A stretch of DNA of 64,000 nucleotides, taken from an uncultured Actinomycetes bacterium. GTDB taxonomy: Bacteria > Actinomycetota > UBA4738 > HRBIN12. This document shows, one piece after another, positions 56,403-64,000 of the stretch. The notes beneath the pieces were generated by a model. The model did no database searches and was not told the DNA's origin. It saw only the letters and a list, made by a program, of their open reading frames with translations. The position numbers were made by a program, and so were the translations under genes. Where the stretch lies: NCBI GenBank assembly GCA_963746995.1, contig CAVVDF010000002.1:9366-73365 (forward strand). Reading direction: 5' to 3'. Position 1 is the first letter of the stretch, and each line of letters starts with the position of its first letter.

Positions 56403-56465
56403 AGGTGCTCGGCGGCCCATCATAGTGGCCGCGGCTCGCGCCGGACCGCTGCGATACTTGCGCGC

Positions 56466-57351
56466 ATGCGCCCGACGAGCGCCCGCGCGACCGCCGCGAT
56501 CACCGAGGTCGCGGGCGCGTCGAACGCCGTGCTCGAGACCTTCCTCGCCGAGCGCCGTGCGGACGCCGCCGCCGATCGCCGCCGAGGCTGCCGAGCCGAT
56601 CGACGAGATCCTGCGGATCATCGACGCGGGCGGCAAGCGGATCCGGCCCGCCTTCTGCTTCTGGGGGTTCCGCGCGGCGGGCGGCGAGGCCGGAGAGCCG
56701 ATCTGGCGGGCGGCGGCCGCGCTCGAACTTCTGCACACGATGGCGCTTGATCCACGACGACGTGATCGACGCGGGCGAGGACCGGCGCGGGTGTCGCCGC
56801 GGTCCACCGGCACGCCGCCGAGCGCGCCGCGGCGCGCGGTCGCGCGGATGCCCCGCGGGTGGGGGCGTCAGTCGCGATCGTCACCGGGCGACCTCGCGGC
56901 GGCCTTCGCTGAGGAGCTGTTCACCGCGGCCGGGGTTCCCCGCCGACCGGCAGGCCGTCGCCGGGCGCGCGCGCTGCACCGGATGCGTGCGAGCTCGCGG
57001 TCGGGCGCCTACCTCGACCTGGTCGGCGCCGACGTGGACCCTGCGACGGATGCGGCCCGACCTGAAGGGCGGGGCGTACACGGTGGAGTGGCCGCTGCTG
57101 ATCGGCGCGGCCCTCGCCGGTTCGTCGCCCGAGCTCGACGCGGGCCTCGCGCGCGTACGGCCGAGCCGCTCGGGCAGGCGTTCCAGCTGCTGCGACGACC
57201 TCGCCGACGGTGACGCCGCGCCGGCGGACCACCCGGACGAGGCAGCCCTCGCCTGGTGGAGCGGGCGGCGGACGCGGTGGCCGAGCCCGCCGCTCCGTCC
57301 GCCGCCGCCCGAGCCCTCGGCGAGCTCGCCGAGCTGGTGGGAAGCCTGTGA
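56466..57351 (+). CDS. Polyprenyl diphosphate synthase family
   Basis: GGKRIRP, LELLH..ALIHDDVID..RRG, GDL, LKG, GQAFQL.DD. Confidence 0.85.
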
Positions 57352-57851
57352 CCGACGGATGTCGAGATCGTGCGGCGGATGTTCCGCGACGTGCCGACGT
57401 GCCGCATCGCGACGGTTCGCCCCGACGGTGGCCCGCACGTCGCCGCCCCGGTGGTTCGTGTGGCTCGACGACGCGATCTGGGTCGCGACCCGGGTGGGCG
57501 GACGAACCCTGGGAGAACGCGCTGCGCGATCCTCGCGTGAGCGTGGTGATCGACCGAGGCCGGGACTGGCTCGAGCTGTCGGGCGCCCGGATCGACGGGG
57601 TCGCCGAGCTGATGCCGGCCGAGCATCCGGACCTGCGTGCCCCGATGTCGGCCTGGCACGAGAAGTACCGTTCGATGCTCGCCGGCGAGGGTTTCGAGCG
57701 CTTCACGCGGGCGATCCCGACGCTGGGGTTCCTGCGGATCGTTCCCGCGGTCGTGGCCACGTGGGACCACCGCGCCGCTACCAGACGGCCGGGACGTCCG
57801 GCGGCCGCGCCTGCGCCGACGCCCGGACCGCGCGGTACCCTGAGCTTGTGA
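57348..57851 (+). CDS. Pyridoxamine-5'-phosphate-oxidase-like (split-barrel flavin/F420) protein
   Basis: IATVRPDGGPHV.P.WFVW, N.LRDPRVSVVID.G, EKY, TWDH. Confidence 0.8.
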   Translation: MTDGCRDRAADVPRRADVPHRDGSPRRWPARRRPGGSCGSTTRSGSRPGWADEPWENALRDPRVSVVIDRGRDWLELSGARIDGVAELMPAEHPDLRAPMSAWHEKYRSMLAGEGFERFTRAIPTLGFLRIVPAVVATWDHRAATRRPGRPAAAPAPTPGPRGTLSL

Positions 57852-57863
57852 AACATTTCACGA
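57846..57863. promoter_or_regulatory. Rex operator
   Basis: TTGTGAAACATTTCACGA versus consensus TTGTGAA-N4-TTCACAA (one mismatch); about 40 nt upstream of the menJ-nuo genes. Confidence 0.8.
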
Positions 57864-57903
57864 GCCTCCGTCGTCCGCGTGTGCGAGAGCGGAGGGGGGA
57901 GCG

Positions 57904-59163
57904 GTGCAGGCGAACCACCGAGACGGACGTCCTGGTCGTCGGGGCGGGCCCGGGAGGCTCAGCGGCCGCATATCACCTCGCGCGGCACGGGATCGACGTG
58001 ACGCTCGTGGAGAAGGCCGCCGTTCCCACGCGAGAAGGTGTGTGGGGACGGGCTCACGCCGCGCTCGCGTCAAGGCGATCATGGAACATGGGTGTCGACA
58101 TCGACGACCCGCGGTTCGAGCGTGTGATCGGGCTGCGCGTGTACGCGCGCGACACGACGATCCAACTGCCGTGGCCCGACCTCACGTCGTTCCCGCCGTT
58201 CGGCCTCGTGATGCCGCGTGACGGGCTTCGACCATCTGCTCGCCGAGCGCGCGGTCAAGGCGGGGCGCGCGTCTGTACGAGCGGACGGAGGCCGTCGCGC
58301 CGATCGTCGACGACGGGTACGTCTGCGGCGCCACGGTCCGTCCGGCGGCGAGCGCGACGCCGAGCCGACGGCGATCCGGGCGCGGTACGTGATCGCCGCC
58401 GACGGCGCCGCAAGCCGGTTCGGCGAAACCGCGCGGGCGTCCGGCGCGACGAGCGCACAGCCGCTCGGGATCGCCGCGCGGCGCTACTACCGGGTCGATC
58501 GCCACGCCCGGGCCGTGGATCGAGTCGTGGCTCGACCTGTGGGACGGCGATCTGCTGCTGCCCGGCTACGGCTGGCTCTTCCCGATGGCCGGCGGCCGGA
58601 TCAACCTCGGGGCCGGGTTGCTCAACACCTTCGCCAACTTCCAGGACGTCTCGCGCCCAGCGGCTGTTCGACGCGTTCGCGCGGATGCTGCCGCGCCGAG
58701 TGGGGGATCGGCGAGGACACCGCCGAGGGCCGCGTGCTGTCCGGGCCCCTGCCCATGGGGCTCAACCGGATGCCCGCCGCCGTGCCCGGGATGCTGCTGA
58801 TCGGCGACGCTGCCGGCGCGGTCAACCCGTTCAACGGCGAGGGGATCGCCTACGCGATCGAGACCGGGCGAGATCGCCGCCGAGCTCGTGCACGAGGCGC
58901 TGGTGAAGGATCGGCCCGCGCTCGCGATGCAGTACCCGCAGGTGCTTGCACGACACGTACGGCGGCTACTTCGCGATCGGGCGGCAGTTCGCGAAGGTGA
59001 TCGGCAAGCCCGCCATCATGGGTCGCGCGACGCACCACCTGTTGCCCCGCCGCGGATCATGGCGTTCGCCATGCGGGCGATGGCGAACCTGACCGACGGC
59101 CCCGGCGGCGACCTCCAGGACCGGTTGCTGGATCTGGCGGTGCGGGTGGCGAAGGCGGCCTGA
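57904..59163 (+). CDS. Geranylgeranyl-reductase family (menaquinone reductase MenJ-like)
   Basis: [52 protein letters not shown]; directly upstream of nuoA, as in mycobacteria and streptomycetes. Confidence 0.85.
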
Positions 59164-59190
59164 ACGATGCTGACGTAGGATGGGGGCCCG

Positions 59191-59634
59191 ATGCTGAGCG
59201 ACTACCTGCCCATCGTCGTGATGGCGGCGCGCTCGCGGCCGTGTTCGCGATCGGCTCGCTCGCCGGCTTCGTCGATGCTCCGGCCGAACAAGCCGAACCC
59301 GGTCAAGTACTCCGCCGTACGAGTGCGGCAACGATCCGGTCCGGCTGCCGCGCGGCGAGCGGTTCAGCGTCAAGTTCTACATCGTCGCGATGCTGTTCAT
59401 CATCTTCGACATCGAGACCATCTTCCTGTTCCCGTGGGCCGTCTCGTTCCGGCGGCTCGGGGTGTTCGGGCTTGTCGAGATGGCCGTGTTCATCGGCTTG
59501 GTGCTTCGTCGCCTACGCCTACATCTGGCGCAAGGGCGGGTTCGAGTGGGCCGCACCACGAGGTCGCGCCGAGCGAGCAGGAGGACGTGGCTGCGCGCGA
59601 GCGCGAGCTGAACGAGGTCACCCATGCCCGTTGA
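59191..59634 (+). CDS. nuoA: NADH-quinone oxidoreductase subunit A
   Basis: [37 protein letters not shown]. Confidence 0.92.
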   Translation: MLSDYLPIVVMAARSRPCSRSARSPASSMLRPNKPNPVKYSAVRVRQRSGPAAARRAVQRQVLHRRDAVHHLRHRDHLPVPVGRLVPAARGVRACRDGRVHRLGASSPTPTSGARAGSSGPHHEVAPSEQEDVAARERELNEVTHAR

Positions 59635-60148
59635 GCGCTACGAGGGGATCCACCTCGGCGCACACGCCCGAAGAGATCGAGGAGGAGGTCGAACGCGGGG
59701 TCCTGCTGACCACGATCGACCGCGCGATCGGATGGGCGCGTAAGCAGTCGATGTGGCCGGCCACCTTCGGGCTGGCGTGCTGCGCGATCGAGATGATGGC
59801 GACCGGCGCCGGCCAGCTACGACCTGTCGCGCTGGGGCATGGAGCTGTTCCGCGCCTCGCCCGCGCCAGGCCGATCTGATGATCGTCGTCGGGCCGCGTG
59901 TCGCAGAAGATGGCGCCCGGTCCTCCGCCGGATCTACGACCAGATGCCCGAGCCGCAAATGGGTGATCTCGATGGGCGTGTGCGCCTCGGCGGGCGGGAT
60001 GTTCACGAACTACGCGATCGTGCAGGGGGTCGACACGATCGTGCCGGTCGACGTCTACGTGCCGGGCTGCCCGCCGAAGCCCGAGATGCTGATGCACGGC
60101 ATCCTCACGCTGCAGCAGAAGGTGCGGACCGAGGAGCCGTTCCGGTGA
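59624..60148 (+). CDS. nuoB: NADH-quinone oxidoreductase subunit B
   Basis: [36 protein letters not shown]. Confidence 0.94.
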
Positions 60149-60647
60149 GCCCGAGCGAGCTGGCCGCCGCGGTCGGCGAGCGCTACGCCGATGTCGTCGT
60201 CGCGCACGACGAGGTCACGGTCGTCGTCGAGCGCGAGGCGCTGCTCGAGGCGCTCGCGTGGCTGCGTCGACGACCCGGCATCGAGCTCGACTTGCTGTCC
60301 TCGCGTGACGGCGACCCACTGGCCGGAGCGCGCGCCGCGCGTTCTGGGTCGCCTACGAACTTCGCTCGCGCGACCGGCATCACCGCGCTCGGGTAAAAGT
60401 GGGACTCGCCGAGAGCGACGCGGTCGTTCCGTCGGTGACGGATCTGTTCCCGACCGCGAATTGGCACGAGCGCGAGACGTACGACTTCTACGGGATCGTC
60501 TTCGACGGCCATCCGGACCTCGAGCGGATCCTGTTGCCGGCGGACTGGCAGGGCCATCCCCTCCGGAAGGACGAGCCGCTCGGCGGCGTGCCGACATGGT
60601 TCCACGGCGTCACCGTGCCGCCGATCGATCAGCGGGGGATGGCGTGA
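60145..60647 (+). CDS. nuoC: NADH-quinone oxidoreductase subunit C
   Basis: [26 protein letters not shown]...GHPLRKD. Confidence 0.92.
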
Positions 60648-61957
60648 GCCTGGGGCGCCACGACCAGGCGGGGGCCGCGTTCGATGCGGCCGGCGACGTC
60701 GCCGACGCCTTCCGCGATCCGGTCACCGGCGAGTACCGCCAGGAGACCATGATCATCAACATGGGGCCGCAGCACCCCTCGACCCACGGGGTGTTGCGAC
60801 TGCTGCTGGAGCTCGACGGCGAGACCGTGATCCGGTGCAAGCCGGTGATCGGCTACCTCCACACCGGCATCGAGAAGAACACCGAGTACCGCACGTGGGT
60901 ACAGGGCGTGACCTACGTCACCCGCGCCGACTATGTGGCGCAGTTCTCGAACGAGCTCGCCTACTGCTTGGGGATCGAGCGACTCCTGGACGTCGAGGTG
61001 CCCGAGCGAGCGCAGCTGATCCGCGTCCTGGTGTGCGAGCTGAACCGCATCACGTCGCACCTCGTGGGGCTGGCGACCACGGGCCTCGAGATGGGCGCTT
61101 CCTCGGTGATGCTCTACGGCCTGCGCGAGCGCGAGGTGATCATGGAGATCTTCGAGGCGATCACGGGCCTTCGGATGAACAACGCCTACATCCGCCCGGG
61201 CGGCGTCGTCATGGATCTGCACGAGGACAGCCCGCGGGCGCTCCGCGAACTGCTCGACGTGATGCCTGGGCGGATCGACGAGTACGAGACGCTCCTGAAC
61301 GACAACCCGATCTGGCGCGAGCGCAACGAAGGCGTCGCGGTGCTCCCGGCCGAGCGGTGCCTCGAGCTGGGCGTGACGGGGCCCGTCCTCCGGGCGGCGG
61401 GTGTCGCGATGGATCTGCGCAAGGACATGCCGTACGGCGGCTACGAGACCTTCGACTTCGATGTGCCGGTGCGGACCGAGGCCGACGCGTACGCGCGCTA
61501 CCGCGTCCGGATCGACGAGATGCGGGAATCGCTGAAGATCGTGGAGCAGGCGCTCGAGCGGCTGCTGCGCACACCCGGCCCCGTGATGGTGGAAGACCCG
61601 AAGATCGGCTGGCAGGTCAAGCTGTCCGTCGGCCCCGACGGCATCGGCAACGATCCCGTGTATCTGGCTCACATCATGGAGGAGTCGATGGAGGCCCTGA
61701 TCCATCACTTCAAGATGGTGACCCAGGGCATCGCGGTCCCCGCCGGCGAGGTCTACAGCATGGTCGAGGCACCGCGCGGCGAGCTCGGGATCTACCTGGT
61801 GTCCGACGGTGGGCACCGGCCCTACCGCGTGAAGATCCGCGATCCCTCGTTCGTGAATCTGCAGGCGCTGCCCGATGTGATCGAGGGGTACCTCATCGCC
61901 GACATCATCGCCGCGGTCTCCTCGATCGACCCGGTGATGGGCGGGGTGGACCGCTGA
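60644..61957 (+). CDS. nuoD: NADH-quinone oxidoreductase subunit D
   Basis: [41 protein letters not shown]. Confidence 0.97.
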   Translation: MSLGRHDQAGAAFDAAGDVADAFRDPVTGEYRQETMIINMGPQHPSTHGVLRLLLELDGETVIRCKPVIGYLHTGIEKNTEYRTWVQGVTYVTRADYVAQFSNELAYCLGIERLLDVEVPERAQLIRVLVCELNRITSHLVGLATTGLEMGASSVMLYGLREREVIMEIFEAITGLRMNNAYIRPGGVVMDLHEDSPRALRELLDVMPGRIDEYETLLNDNPIWRERNEGVAVLPAERCLELGVTGPVLRAAGVAMDLRKDMPYGGYETFDFDVPVRTEADAYARYRVRIDEMRESLKIVEQALERLLRTPGPVMVEDPKIGWQVKLSVGPDGIGNDPVYLAHIMEESMEALIHHFKMVTQGIAVPAGEVYSMVEAPRGELGIYLVSDGGHRPYRVKIRDPSFVNLQALPDVIEGYLIADIIAAVSSIDPVMGGVDR

Positions 61958-62525
61958 TGGCCGTATTCGAAGGACCGGTGCTGGACGACGCCCGCACGAT
62001 CCTCGCTCGCTACCCCGGGCACGAGCGGTCGGCCCTGATGCCCTTGCTGTATCTGGCACAGTCGCTCGACGGCATGATCTCCCGCGATGCCCTTCGCGAG
62101 GTGGCGGCACTCCTCGGCATCACGACCGCGGAGGTCGAGGCCGTCGCCACGTTCTACTCGATGTACCGGCTGCGGCCGACCGGTGAGCACGTCGTGAGCG
62201 TCTGCACGAACCTCGCGTGCAAGCTCCGGGGGGCCGCCGCGGTGTACGAGGCCGCCCACGAGGCGGCGGGCGTCGTCCACGGACAGGAGCGATCCGACGA
62301 CGGCCTGTTCACGGTGCACGAAGAGGAGTGCCTCGGCGTGTGCGACTTCGCGCCGGCGGTCCAAGTGAACGTGTGCAATCACGATCGCGTCACGCCCGAG
62401 CGGATGCGCGAGCTGATCGCCGCGCTGCGCGCCGGCGACGTGCCGGCGTCTGCGCGAGGTCCGGCGTTCCCGAGCTTCAGGGCGGCGTCGCGGGTGCTCG
62501 CGGGGCTCGAGGAGGTGCCGGCGAC

Positions 62526-62529
<4 letters not shown>
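61957..62529 (+). CDS. nuoE: NADH-quinone oxidoreductase subunit E
   Basis: VATFYSMY, VCTNLAC, ECLGVC..AP. Confidence 0.95.
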
Positions 62530-63820
<1,291 letters not shown>

Positions 63821-63824
<4 letters not shown>

Positions 63825-64000
63825 GCGCCGACCAGGTGCAGCTCACGATCGACGGCGTCGAGGTGACGGTGCCGAAAGGCACGCTGATCATCCGTGCCGC
63901 AGAGCTCGTCGGGATCCAGATCCCGCGCTTCTGCGACCACCCGTATCTCGAGCCCGCGGGCGCGTGCCGGCAGTGCTACGTCCAGGTCGAGGGGCAGCCG
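63821..64000 (+). CDS. nuoG: NADH-quinone oxidoreductase subunit G (5' part, truncated by window)
   Basis: [40 protein letters not shown]. Confidence 0.92.

Overview
High-GC actinobacterial core-genome DNA, probably from a deep-branching lineage (inferred from GlnR, MshA, RsiG, bS22, DUF2017/ClpS and conserved gene order). Many genes carry single-base indels that look like long-read assembly error, so the six-frame ORFs are fragmented and several gene ends are approximate. In order, the window holds: a nitrogen-assimilation block (glnA2, glnE, glnA1, glnR, GlnR boxes); moaD, a lipid kinase, sat, rsiG-like, HD-GYP, asparaginase and mshA; a ~470-nt promoter-driven, GNRA-hairpin-rich candidate non-coding RNA; proline and amine catabolism genes with pyk; clpS; a BldC-like HTH-Clp1 kinase-bS22 unit; two ECF sigma/anti-sigma pairs; and rex. 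It ends in a ~25-kb respiratory supercluster: a b6f-like split Rieske/cytochrome b complex with ferredoxin and small subunits, cytochrome c biogenesis system II, a caa3 oxidase, a triple cupredoxin, a CtaA-CtaB fusion, a Rex-box-preceded menJ-like gene and nuoA-G. No tRNA, rRNA, CRISPR array or mobile element was found. The best leads are the large structured RNA (15743-16210), the ferredoxin-containing Rieske/cytb operon, and a hidden RGPP-motif small ORF with attenuator-like structure upstream of glnA1.
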